64,000 bases of DNA from contig JAAOIK010000038.1 in NCBI GenBank assembly GCA_015163855.1, positions 14,775 to 78,774 on the forward strand, read 5' to 3'. A program made the position numbers and the translations under genes. The DNA is from Pseudobdellovibrionaceae bacterium (lineage in GTDB: Bacteria > Bdellovibrionota > Bdellovibrionia > Bdellovibrionales > UBA1609). This document shows positions 45,135 through 54,708 of the stretch, piece after piece; position 1 is the first letter of the stretch, and each line of letters begins with the position of its first letter. The notes beneath the pieces are model-generated. The model was given only the letters and a program-made list of their open reading frames with translations. It searched no databases and had not been told where the DNA came from.

Positions 45135-46953
45135 ATATTTATTGTTTATTATAGTTATTAATCTTTATTTTACCCCTAGTATTTATGCTAAAAACAATCT
45201 TAGTGTAAAATCTCAGCTATCTAGCAAAGTGGTAGGTATTGAAGAAGATTTTACCTATTCGTTAATTATCCAATCATCTAAGTCTATTTCATCAAAAACA
45301 GAATTGCCAAATTGGCCAAAAAACATTGAATTTTCTCATTCGTCTAATTCTGAACAAACAAGTGTAAACATAATTAATGGTAATGTATCTACTACAAGAA
45401 TTAAAAAAATTTCTTATACTTTAAAAGCCAAAAAATTAGGTTGGATACTTTTGCCTAGTATAAAAATTGTAGCCAACAATACCACTTACAAAACCAAAGC
45501 GGTAAAAATACAAGTGGTTAAAGAGCCTCAAGCTCGCAGAAAAAACTCTAGAAATCCTTTTGATACTTTAAATTCTTTTTTTGATGATAGTTTTCCTTTT
45601 AAGCAGAAAAAAAGAACTTTTAATAAAACAGATATTTTTGTTAAACTAGAATTAGATAAAAAAATTCTCTTTTTATCTGAACAAGTGGTATTAAGGTGGT
45701 TTTTGTATACAAGGGCTTCTGTTTCTGGAGTAGATTTACAACAATTGCCTAAATTAAAATCGTTTTGGAAAAAAGATTTACAAAGTTTACAAGATAGAAG
45801 ACAAACCTCTAAAGAAGTAACTATAAATAATAAAATTTATCAAAAGCATTTATTGTTTTCTTACCTTGTCTCTCCTTTAAAGTTAGGGCAATTAAATATT
45901 GATCCTTTAATAGTTGATCTACAAGTTTTTAACAGAGCAAGTTTTGGTTTTAACTCTTCTGTGCTTCGCCGTAGCTCTAATGTAAAAAAAATAAAAGTGA
46001 TAAAGTTACCAGATAGACCTAAACAAGGTACTTTTTCAGGGGCTGTGGGAGAATTTCAACTCAGTGACCAAGTAAAAACAGCTAAAATTGAACAAGGAAA
46101 AGCTTTTGTATGGGAGGTAACTATACAAGGCATAGGAAATTTAGATGCTTTTAATTTTGATAATTTAAAGTTAGACAAAAATTTAGAGTTGTATGATATT
46201 CAAGAAAAAATTAATTTTTTTGCATCGGGTATCAGTAAAAAAAAGATAGAACTATTAGTTATTCCTAAAGTGGCAGGCAGTATTGCTTTACCTATTATTC
46301 GGTTTACTGCCTTCAATCCACATACAAAAGTCTATTATACTTTATTAAGTCAAAAAAAAAATATCTTAGTAAAAAAGAACCTTGGTTATTTAGCTCCTAA
46401 AGTAAAAAATTCTGTTCTTTTAAGTAAAAAAACAAAAAATATAATCGAAAAAAAAAATGATGTTGTTAAAAAATCATTTAAAACAAAAATAGGTAAATTA
46501 GAAAATAAAAACAAAATAAAAACATATAATAAATACTTTATTCTTTCTTTTTTATTGTTGCTATTTTTTTTCTTACTTTGGATTTTATACTGTAAGATTA
46601 AAAATAAGGAAAAAAGCAATTTATTAAATTTAAAAAGTAAATTTTTAGAAATAGAAAAAAATATTTTACCTATTGATGAAAAAAAGGCAGCTAGAGCTTT
46701 AATAGACTTAACTTATTGGGTAGTAGAAAAGTCTAAGAATAAAAAATATAATTTTTTATCTTTAAATAAAATGATTAATGAATTGCCGTTGGCTTATCAA
46801 AGCCAATATGGGCCAGATTTAAAAAGAATTTTGATGCTATGTGAAACAATAGCCTTTTCTAAAAAAGTACCGGTGGCCTTAAAAAAGCAATTGAACGAGA
46901 TATCTGCTAAATTATACTTTTATTTACAAATACTGTTGAAGTATAACCCATGA
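45118..46953 (+). CDS. batD: BatD-family protein
   Basis: GTG at 45118 lies 5 nt after GGAGG (45108-45112) and yields a clean signal peptide (VKKIGKYLLFIIVINLYFTPSIYA). It has a large extracytoplasmic beta-rich region, one TM near residue ~480 (ILSFLLLLFFFLLWILY) and a helical tail. This architecture and position are typical of BatD. The track's ATG at 45070 would add a non-signal basic leader. Confidence 0.7.
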   Translation: MKKIGKYLLFIIVINLYFTPSIYAKNNLSVKSQLSSKVVGIEEDFTYSLIIQSSKSISSKTELPNWPKNIEFSHSSNSEQTSVNIINGNVSTTRIKKISYTLKAKKLGWILLPSIKIVANNTTYKTKAVKIQVVKEPQARRKNSRNPFDTLNSFFDDSFPFKQKKRTFNKTDIFVKLELDKKILFLSEQVVLRWFLYTRASVSGVDLQQLPKLKSFWKKDLQSLQDRRQTSKEVTINNKIYQKHLLFSYLVSPLKLGQLNIDPLIVDLQVFNRASFGFNSSVLRRSSNVKKIKVIKLPDRPKQGTFSGAVGEFQLSDQVKTAKIEQGKAFVWEVTIQGIGNLDAFNFDNLKLDKNLELYDIQEKINFFASGISKKKIELLVIPKVAGSIALPIIRFTAFNPHTKVYYTLLSQKKNILVKKNLGYLAPKVKNSVLLSKKTKNIIEKKNDVVKKSFKTKIGKLENKNKIKTYNKYFILSFLLLLFFFLLWILYCKIKNKEKSNLLNLKSKFLEIEKNILPIDEKKAARALIDLTYWVVEKSKNKKYNFLSLNKMINELPLAYQSQYGPDLKRILMLCETIAFSKKVPVALKKQLNEISAKLYFYLQILLKYNP

Positions 46954-46986
46954 TGTATAATAATGAATTAATCACTTTGAGGATAT

Positions 46987-49149
46987 ATGTATAGGTATTT
47001 TTTTTTATTAGTATTTTTTATTTTTAAAGTAAATAGCGCTTTAGCTTTAGATAAAGTAACTTATTATGCTAATAAAAATCAGTTAACCTATAACTTAACC
47101 CCAGAAGAAGAAGAAGTTATAACAAAATTAACTAACATTCAAAATTTATATCTAAATAAAAATGCTAAGGCTTGTTTAAAGGCAATAAACAAGTGGAAAG
47201 CTCCAGAAAATATAGCTCCTTGGATTTATATTAAAAAATTAAAATGTATTAAGCTATTTTCAAAAAATAATAGAGTTTATTTATACAAAAAAAATATAGG
47301 CTATCCTAATATTTGGAAATTAAATAAGCCCGTTAGGTTAGAGTTAGTCAAAGCACTAAAAAATGCCATTTATTTTATAATTAAGGTGTCTTTAAAAAAA
47401 GGAAAAGTAGGTGAAGTCGAAAAGCTATTGCAAAATATAAATACAAGTATCTTTTTTTCCTCTAATAAAGAAAAAACATATTTATTTTATATTAAAGCAA
47501 GAATTTTTTATAATAAAAAAAACTCTTTATTAGCTAAAAGTTTTTTAAATAATAGTTTTTATTATCACAGAAATAGCTCAAAAAGAAAATACCCTTTTTC
47601 TTTGTCTGCGTTTAGAGGAAAATATTTTATAAAATTTATTGATAAAAAAGCAAAAGCTAAAAGAAAAAAAAATATTTTTTATTACCCAATGGAATTAAAG
47701 GCTTTTAATCAGTTAAAGGAAAAGTCTAGAAGCTCTAAAATATTTTTTAATAAGCACATTCAATATTTACAGATGTATCATGGCTCAATAAGAAGCCGTA
47801 AAGTTAATAGAACACTACTATTAGCTTACTTAGCATTACCCAAAAGTAAGCAAAACTCCTTTGAAGTTTTAAAAAAAGTTTCTAAGCTAAAGTGTGTTTT
47901 TTTGAACAAGTGGGTTGGTAAGTTATTTTATAAAGCCAAGTATAAAGATATTGCTTATCTTTATACAAATGCTAATCCGTGTGAATGGAAAGGGGATAAT
48001 TATTTTCGTATAGCGGCTGGATATTATTATCAAGCAAGCTACGACGACGCTGAAGTTTTGTTTAAAAAACTTCCTAAAACATATTCGGGTCACAATATTA
48101 TCCCAAGGTCTATGTTATTTTTAAGTTTTTTATATATAAAAAAAAATCAATATAATTCTGCAATTAAAGTGTTAAAAAAACTGGTAAGATTACCAAAAAA
48201 TAATTTTCATTTACAGGCATACTATTTTTTGTATTTTTTGCATAAAAAACAAAATAATTCTTATAAAGCAAAATTTTATTACAAACAATTATTACGAAAA
48301 TATCCTTTAACTTACTATTCTTTAAAATTAAAATTTTTAGATAAATCTTTACCTTCTTTTTTTACCAATAAAACTAAAAAAAGAGATAAATGGACTATTT
48401 ATTTAGATAAACCAGAAAGTCAGTCATGGCAAAAAGTAAAATTATTATTAAAGGCAGGATGGCTTAAAGAATCTCGATTGGAGTTAAAAGCGTGGAACTT
48501 ACCAACATTATCTTCTGGAGTGTTTGTTTATACTTATTTATTAAGCCAGGCGCATAATTTTTTATCGGCTATTAAATTACTATACTATTTATGGGAAGAG
48601 GATAGAAGTGTACATCGTAAGTCTTTACTAAAGCTATTATTCCCCCATTTTTTTAAATCTTTGGTGGAAGAATATGCAGTTAAAAACCATTTAGAGCCTA
48701 GTGTAGTATTTGCACTTATTCGGCAAGAAAGTGGGTTTAAGGTGGATGCCCATAGTTTGGCAAATGCTTATGGGTTAATGCAGATGATTATATCTACAGC
48801 TAATGAAGTAAAGAAGCTATTAGGGATAAGAAAGAAGTCAGTATCCAAAAGAGAGTTATTTGAAGCAAAGACGAATATTCGCTATGGAACTAGGCACTTA
48901 CGGCAATTATTAAAGGCATGGGGTGGTCATCTTCCATTATCTTTGGCTTCTTATAATGTAGGATATGGTAATTTATCGAAATGGATCAAGTCTAGAGGCC
49001 CCTCTTTTAAGATAGAGAACAATTCTAAGCTTTTAAACGAGATATGGTTTGATGAGCTGCCCTGGGTAGAGACCAGTTTTTATATTAAGGCCATTTTACG
49101 CAACCAATTCTTATACAAAGGTCTGTACGGAAAGGCTTTAATAAAGTGA
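46987..49149 (+). CDS. slt: Soluble lytic murein transglycosylase, Slt70-like
   Basis: 720 aa with a signal peptide (FFLLVFFIFKVNSALA) and a long helical-repeat N-terminal region. The C-terminal SLT domain carries ALIRQESGFKVDAHSLANAYGLMQMI and ASYNVGYGN. Confidence 0.8.
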   Translation: MYRYFFLLVFFIFKVNSALALDKVTYYANKNQLTYNLTPEEEEVITKLTNIQNLYLNKNAKACLKAINKWKAPENIAPWIYIKKLKCIKLFSKNNRVYLYKKNIGYPNIWKLNKPVRLELVKALKNAIYFIIKVSLKKGKVGEVEKLLQNINTSIFFSSNKEKTYLFYIKARIFYNKKNSLLAKSFLNNSFYYHRNSSKRKYPFSLSAFRGKYFIKFIDKKAKAKRKKNIFYYPMELKAFNQLKEKSRSSKIFFNKHIQYLQMYHGSIRSRKVNRTLLLAYLALPKSKQNSFEVLKKVSKLKCVFLNKWVGKLFYKAKYKDIAYLYTNANPCEWKGDNYFRIAAGYYYQASYDDAEVLFKKLPKTYSGHNIIPRSMLFLSFLYIKKNQYNSAIKVLKKLVRLPKNNFHLQAYYFLYFLHKKQNNSYKAKFYYKQLLRKYPLTYYSLKLKFLDKSLPSFFTNKTKKRDKWTIYLDKPESQSWQKVKLLLKAGWLKESRLELKAWNLPTLSSGVFVYTYLLSQAHNFLSAIKLLYYLWEEDRSVHRKSLLKLLFPHFFKSLVEEYAVKNHLEPSVVFALIRQESGFKVDAHSLANAYGLMQMIISTANEVKKLLGIRKKSVSKRELFEAKTNIRYGTRHLRQLLKAWGGHLPLSLASYNVGYGNLSKWIKSRGPSFKIENNSKLLNEIWFDELPWVETSFYIKAILRNQFLYKGLYGKALIK

Positions 49150-49206
49150 TTTTTTTTAAAACTATTCTTGATAGTTTTTATACTATGAGCTTATAATAGA
49201 TTTATT

Positions 49207-50580
49207 ATGATTAAGTTTATCTTTTTAAGCCTTTTTATTGTATCTTGTTCGTATTCGCCCTTTTCTAAAACGACGCTGAATCCTAAAAGTCGTAAGATAG
49301 TAGAGCAGGATTTAAAAGACCTTCCTTTTGGGAAAATACCCGTTCAAATTAATAAGTATGTTTTAAAATGGATTTATTATTATCAAGGTCGTGGGCGCAA
49401 ACATATGCGCCGTTATTTAGCAAGATCCAGTCGTTACCAATTTTTAATGCAATCTTTATTAAAAGAAGACTCGGTACCTATTGATTTAATTTATGTGCCT
49501 TTAATCGAATCGGGTTTTACCTCGCATGCTTATAGTCATGCTAGCGCTGTGGGGTATTGGCAATTTATTAGAGGGACAGCTACTAGTTATGGATTAAGAG
49601 TGGATGGTTATGTTGATGATAGAAAAGACCCTGTGTTATCTACAAAAGCAGCTATTAAATATTTTAAAACTTTACATAATATGTTTGGTGATTGGTATTT
49701 GGTTTTAGCCGCTTATAATTCGGGAGAAAATCGCATAAAAAGATATATAAAAAAATATAAAGTTAAAGAATATTGGACTTTTGTAAGAAGAAAAATTTTA
49801 CCTCGAGAGACTCGTAATTATGTACCTAAATTTTTAGCAGCATTGCTTATTGCCAAAAATCCAAAAATGTATGGATTTCATAATATAAAATATCAAAAGC
49901 CTTTTTCTTCTGATTATATTACCGTTAAAAAATCCATTAGTTTAAAGTTATTGTCTAAAGAAATGAAAATTTCTTTTTCTAAATTGAAAAAATTAAACCC
50001 TAGATATTTAACCGACTGGGTTCCTGTAAAAAAAGGATCGAAAATTGCTGTTAGAGTTCCAACTTCTCTAAAATCTTTAGCTTTTAAAAGTTTACCTAAA
50101 AGTTATTCTAACAAGCCTTTTTTAACTTTTAGTTATTATTTTTATTATAGAGTTAAAAAAGGGGATAATTTAAGTTATATTGCAAAAAAATTCCGTTCTC
50201 GAGTGTCTTCTTTAAGACGGTTAAACCGTTTAAAAAGAAAGAATTTCTTACGCATTGGGCAGAAGTTAAAAATTCGTCGTCGTACTAGAGTAGAACACTT
50301 AGGCAGCAATCTTATAAAACGAAATAAAACGACTAATAAAAGAGCTGTATCTAGTATAAAAAAGTTGCGAAAAAGAAAAAAAATATCTACTAAGCGAATC
50401 TTAAGAAAACGATTAGCGAAATTAAAAAAACATCGTAAAATTTACAAAATAAAAAGAGGGGATACTATTTCCCATATTGCTAAAAAATTTCGTATTTCTA
50501 TTAAAAAACTGAAAAGAAAAAACAGATTAAGTTCTAATTATAAAATTTTTTCTGGTGGATATTTAATAATTCCAAAATAA
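49207..50580 (+). CDS. mltD: Lytic transglycosylase lipoprotein, MltD-like, with two LysM repeats and very basic linkers
   Basis: 457 aa with a lipobox (LFIVSC). SLT region PLIESGFTSHAYSHASAVGYWQFI and AAYNSGENR. LysM repeats YRVKKGDNLSYIAKKF and YKIKRGDTISHIAKKF. Confidence 0.8.
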   Translation: MIKFIFLSLFIVSCSYSPFSKTTLNPKSRKIVEQDLKDLPFGKIPVQINKYVLKWIYYYQGRGRKHMRRYLARSSRYQFLMQSLLKEDSVPIDLIYVPLIESGFTSHAYSHASAVGYWQFIRGTATSYGLRVDGYVDDRKDPVLSTKAAIKYFKTLHNMFGDWYLVLAAYNSGENRIKRYIKKYKVKEYWTFVRRKILPRETRNYVPKFLAALLIAKNPKMYGFHNIKYQKPFSSDYITVKKSISLKLLSKEMKISFSKLKKLNPRYLTDWVPVKKGSKIAVRVPTSLKSLAFKSLPKSYSNKPFLTFSYYFYYRVKKGDNLSYIAKKFRSRVSSLRRLNRLKRKNFLRIGQKLKIRRRTRVEHLGSNLIKRNKTTNKRAVSSIKKLRKRKKISTKRILRKRLAKLKKHRKIYKIKRGDTISHIAKKFRISIKKLKRKNRLSSNYKIFSGGYLIIPK

Positions 50581-50588
50581 AAATAGAT

Positions 50589-51386
50589 TTATAAAGGACA
50601 AGCTTTTTCTATTTGCTTTGCAATAGTAAAAAATATCTTAGCAATTTCGTGTTCAGGGTAAGCTTCTACAAAACTTTGACCTGCCTCTGCACTTAATCCA
50701 ATATATGGGTGAAAAGGAACTTCTGCTAATTTTACTAATTTTTCTGTTTTTAAAAAATGTTCTAAGTCTCCCTTAGGAAATAGCTGTATTTTTTCCATAT
50801 CTGGGTTTTGAGGATATAAGTAAGACATATTCTCTAATAAACCCAAATGAAAAACATTTAATTGTTTCCACATGGATATTGCTCTTTTTGCATCAATAAG
50901 AGATAAGTTTTGGGGTGTAGTTACAGTAATCGCTGCAGAAATATTTACTTTTTGAGAAATAGTTAAAGGCACATCTCCTGTTCCTGGTGGTAGATCTATC
51001 AGTAAATAATCTAAATCTCCCCAACAAACATCGGTAAACAGTTGAGAAATAGCTTTAAACAGCATAGGCCCTCGCCATACAACCGCTTCGCCTTCTTCTA
51101 TTAATAACCCCATACTCATGCATTGAATATTATGCCTTTTTAAGGGAATGAGTTGTTTTTCTTTAGTGAGCTCGGGTCGATAAGTTTCCCCTCCCATAAT
51201 TTTTACTAAACTAGGGCCATAAATATCTGCATCTAGTAAGCCCACTTTATGGTTTTTGCCTAAAGCAATACTAATATTAGCAGAAAGGGTACTTTTTCCC
51301 ACGCCTCCTTTGCCAGAACCTATTAAAATAATATGTTTAATATTAGGTAAAGAAAGTTTAGGGGAGCTTTGATTAGCATTTGTCAT
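50589..51386 (-). CDS. apbC: Mrp/ApbC/NBP35-family Fe-S cluster carrier ATPase
   Basis: 265 aa with a deviant Walker A (GSGKGGVGKST), DADIYGPS, and DLPPGTGD. It lacks an N-terminal DUF59 domain. Confidence 0.88.
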   Translation of the reverse strand: MTNANQSSPKLSLPNIKHIILIGSGKGGVGKSTLSANISIALGKNHKVGLLDADIYGPSLVKIMGGETYRPELTKEKQLIPLKRHNIQCMSMGLLIEEGEAVVWRGPMLFKAISQLFTDVCWGDLDYLLIDLPPGTGDVPLTISQKVNISAAITVTTPQNLSLIDAKRAISMWKQLNVFHLGLLENMSYLYPQNPDMEKIQLFPKGDLEHFLKTEKLVKLAEVPFHPYIGLSAEAGQSFVEAYPEHEIAKIFFTIAKQIEKACPL

Positions 51387-51521
51387 AAAAACCTTTATGG
51401 ATTTTTTGTAAAAAGAGAGTTCTTCTATATATAAAAAAGAAGTGCTTTTAAGTCTAGTACTTTTCTAGTTTAATTTCATCTAGAGGTTGATCATCGCTAA
51501 GCCTTACTTTATCATTTCTAT

Positions 51522-52859
51522 ATGAAGAAAAATACCTTATCTGATTTATCGACTTTAGTTTCTCTATGTAAGCAAAGAGGCTATATTTATCCAAGCAGTG
51601 AAATTTATGGAGGTTTAAATTCTTGTTGGGATTATGGCCCCTTAGGAGTAAATTTAAAAAGAAATATTAAAGCCGCTTGGTGGAAGGAAATGACTTATCG
51701 TGAAGAGGTAGTGGGGCTAGATGCATCGATTTTAATGCATCCTCAAGTTTGGAAAGCTTCTGGCCATATTGATGGATTTTCTGACTCTTTGGTAGATTGT
51801 AAAGATTGTAAAAATCGTTTTCGTTTAGACCATGCTTTATTAAAAGATAATAAAAAAACTTGCCCTAAATGTGGGTCTTTTTCTCTTACAGAGTCCAGAC
51901 AATTTAATTTAATGTTTAAAACTAATATGGGGCCTGTGGAAGAAGAAGGGTCGCAAGTTTTTTTAAGACCAGAAACAGCACAGGGAATTTTTGTAAATTT
52001 TGATAATGTACAAAAATCCACTAGAAAAAAACTTCCTTTTGGAATTGCTCAAATTGGAAAATCTTTTCGTAATGAAATTACACCAGGAAATTTTATTTTT
52101 AGAACAAGAGAGTTTGAGCAAATGGAAATGCAGTACTTTGTAAATCCAAAAGAAGATGAAAGGCATTTTGATTTTTGGAAAAAAGAAAGAATGGAATTTT
52201 GCAAAAACTTAGGGATAAAAGAAAGTCATTTACGATTTACTCCTCATGGGCAAGGGGAACTAGCTCATTATGCAAAAGCGGCTTTCGATATTGAATATAA
52301 ATTTCCTTTTGGTTGGCAAGAAATAGAAGGTATTCATAATCGTTCTGATTTTGATTTAAAACAACATCAAAAGTTTAGTGGTAAAAAATTAGAATACTTT
52401 GATGATACCACTCAAGAAAAATTTTTGCCTTTTGTTATAGAAACCGCCATTGGTTGTGACAGATTATGCTTAGCCATTTTATGTGATGCTTACACAGAAG
52501 AAATAAAAACACTAGATAATGGCAAAGAGGATAAGCGTGTATATTTAAATTTGCATCACTCCTTGGCTCCTTATAAATTAGCTATTTTACCTTTATCTAA
52601 AAAAGAAGAATTAACAAAAATAGCTAAACAGTTGTATGCCGACTTATCCAAAAAATACCCCATAGACTATGATGATAGAGGTAGCATTGGTAAACGCTAC
52701 CGTAGGCAAGACGAAATAGGAACTCCATTATGTATTACTGTAGATTTTGATAGTTTAGAAGATTCTGCCATCACTATTAGACGCTTAGACACTATGGAGC
52801 AAACAAGAGTCGATTTAAGCCAAGTTATGAGCTATATGGACCGTCTTTTTGCTATATAG
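51522..52859 (+). CDS. glyQS: Glycine--tRNA ligase (homodimeric alpha2 type)
   Basis: 445 aa with [13 protein letters not shown]....[27 protein letters not shown], and an anticodon-binding C-terminus. Confidence 0.95.
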   Translation: MKKNTLSDLSTLVSLCKQRGYIYPSSEIYGGLNSCWDYGPLGVNLKRNIKAAWWKEMTYREEVVGLDASILMHPQVWKASGHIDGFSDSLVDCKDCKNRFRLDHALLKDNKKTCPKCGSFSLTESRQFNLMFKTNMGPVEEEGSQVFLRPETAQGIFVNFDNVQKSTRKKLPFGIAQIGKSFRNEITPGNFIFRTREFEQMEMQYFVNPKEDERHFDFWKKERMEFCKNLGIKESHLRFTPHGQGELAHYAKAAFDIEYKFPFGWQEIEGIHNRSDFDLKQHQKFSGKKLEYFDDTTQEKFLPFVIETAIGCDRLCLAILCDAYTEEIKTLDNGKEDKRVYLNLHHSLAPYKLAILPLSKKEELTKIAKQLYADLSKKYPIDYDDRGSIGKRYRRQDEIGTPLCITVDFDSLEDSAITIRRLDTMEQTRVDLSQVMSYMDRLFAI

Positions 52860-52967
52860 TGGTAGTTTTTTAATCAGAAATTATTTCTCTCTAAAAAATT
52901 AATAAAAAGTTGTTTGTTTTTTAAAAATAGAGTAATAATTTAAAAAGTATAAAAAAAAGGAAATTAT

Positions 52968-53741
52968 ATGTTTAAGTCATTATTGCTGAGTTTAATTTTT
53001 TTATTAGCCATTTCTTCTTGCAAAACTTTTAAAGGGAATATTGAGGTAAAACGCTCTCTTCCTATTACAATTATACAAGACGATCCATTTTCTGATGATG
53101 AAAATGGTGATGAAGATACCGAAGAATTACATTTAACTTTAAAACCTGGTGTTTATACTACAGAATTAAATTTCTCTGGAAAAAAAAACTTATCATTAGA
53201 TATTAATGTAGGAAATGAAGAATACACTATAGACGCTTATTTAAACAAAGAAATTAATAATATTTCTAAAAAAGGAGTTCATAAAATAACTCTAACTGCA
53301 AAAGAATTAAATCAATCTTGGGGCTTAAAAGGTACAGTTAAAACAAAAGTTTTTAGGGGAGATTTAATACAATCTAACGAAAGTTGTTCAGTTAGCTATC
53401 GTTATTTGGAATGTTACCCTAGAGGTGATTACAAAAAGCACAAAAAGCGCGTTCGAGACAGATATAGAAATTGCAAGTGGTTTTATGATATTGAGTATGG
53501 CAACAGAGATGTAGAATATTATAATCAAACGAAAACTTATGATATAAATACTGACATTATCTCTGCAAAGTCTAATGCAGAAGCTACTGCTAAGCTAGAA
53601 AATATTTTAGGCACTTACACGGCGCAAAGACAAGAAAATACTAGAATTTATCAATATCAAAGTTGTTGTTATGATTATCGAAAGCGTTGCATAAGTTCTA
53701 GCGATAGAAGATACAGAAGACGATATAGAAGAAGGTATTAA
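52968..53741 (+). CDS. Hypothetical lipoprotein with a Cys-rich C-terminal half and an RRYRRRYRRRY tail
   Basis: 257 aa with a lipobox (LLAISSC) and an acidic stretch (DDPFSDDENGDEDTEE). It has six further Cys after the lipobox Cys and ends in (RRY/RRRY) repeats. I recognise no family. Confidence 0.6.
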   Translation: MFKSLLLSLIFLLAISSCKTFKGNIEVKRSLPITIIQDDPFSDDENGDEDTEELHLTLKPGVYTTELNFSGKKNLSLDINVGNEEYTIDAYLNKEINNISKKGVHKITLTAKELNQSWGLKGTVKTKVFRGDLIQSNESCSVSYRYLECYPRGDYKKHKKRVRDRYRNCKWFYDIEYGNRDVEYYNQTKTYDINTDIISAKSNAEATAKLENILGTYTAQRQENTRIYQYQSCCYDYRKRCISSSDRRYRRRYRRRY

Positions 53742-53757
53742 TACAGGTTGTAAAACA

Positions 53758-54702
53758 ATGAGTTCTGATTTCAGTAAAACCGTTCATGATGTTATAATTA
53801 TAGGTTCAGGCCCTGCTGGTTATACAGCCGCCATTTATGCTGCAAGAGCCAATTTAAAGCCTTTATTATTTGAAGGGGAAGAATCTGGAGGACAATTAAT
53901 GACCACCACCGATGTGGAAAATTTTCCAGGGTTTCCTAAAGGCATTATGGGTCCCGAGTTAATGGAAGCTATTGGCGATCAAGCTCGTCGTTTTGGAACG
54001 CAAATTTTAAGTCAAAATATAACTAAAGTAGATTTTTCTAAAAGTCCTTTTTCTGTATTTGTAAAAGATAAAGAATATAAAGGAAACACGGTTATTATTT
54101 CCACAGGCGCTTCGGCCAAGTATTTGGGTTTAGAAAGTGAAAAAACCTTTTTAGGAAAAGGAGTTTCTGCTTGTGCCACTTGTGATGCTGCTTTTTTTAG
54201 AGACCAAGTGGTATGTGTTATTGGGGGAGGAGATTCTGCAATGGAAGAGGCAGTATTTTTAACTCGATTTGCTAAAAAAGTATATCTTCTTAATAGAAGT
54301 GATAAATTAAGAGCCTCTAAAATTATGGCAGATAGAGCTAAAAATAATGAAAAAATTGAAATTATTATGAACACTACCATGACCGAAGTTTTAGGAAAAG
54401 ATGTGGTTAGTTCTATTACTATTCAAAATATTAAAACCAAAGAAAAAAGTAATTTAGTAGTAGATGGTGTATTTTTAGCCATTGGGCATACACCAAACAC
54501 CACTATTTTTAAAGATCAAATTAAATTAGATCCAGTTGGTTATATTATTACCGAACCAGACAGCACTAAAACCTCTGTAAAAGGAGTTTTTGCTTGTGGA
54601 GATGTGCAAGACACTAAGTATAGACAAGCCATTACTGCCGCAGGTACAGGATGTATGTCTGCTTTAGAAAGCGAAAAATTTTTAGAATCTAAAGCAAAGT
54701 AA
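53758..54702 (+). CDS. trxB: Thioredoxin-disulfide reductase
   Basis: 314 aa with FAD motif GSGPAGYTAAIYAARA, the redox-active CATCD, NADPH motif GGGDSAMEEA, and GVFACGDV. Confidence 0.95.
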   Translation: MSSDFSKTVHDVIIIGSGPAGYTAAIYAARANLKPLLFEGEESGGQLMTTTDVENFPGFPKGIMGPELMEAIGDQARRFGTQILSQNITKVDFSKSPFSVFVKDKEYKGNTVIISTGASAKYLGLESEKTFLGKGVSACATCDAAFFRDQVVCVIGGGDSAMEEAVFLTRFAKKVYLLNRSDKLRASKIMADRAKNNEKIEIIMNTTMTEVLGKDVVSSITIQNIKTKEKSNLVVDGVFLAIGHTPNTTIFKDQIKLDPVGYIITEPDSTKTSVKGVFACGDVQDTKYRQAITAAGTGCMSALESEKFLESKAK

Positions 54703-54708
54703 TATTTT

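Noticed and set aside
375-50520. Recurrent lysine-rich, poly-A-rich tracts in IF-2, the OMP linker, BatC, the MltD-like LysM linkers and the RluB tail. These might have been a shared repeat family.
   Set aside because: The tracts share no common nucleotide unit beyond A-richness. They are best explained by the AT bias (AAA/AAG codons) acting on disordered linkers. Only the exact repeats listed as features are genuine repeats.
51387-51521. A possible T-box or other leader upstream of glyQS, and likewise leaders upstream of cysS, lysS and alaS.
   Set aside because: The spacers (29-135 nt) are too short for a T-box, which needs about 200 nt or more. I could find no specifier/antiterminator pairing and no TGGT-type T-box sequence. 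The region also has to hold the divergent apbC promoter.
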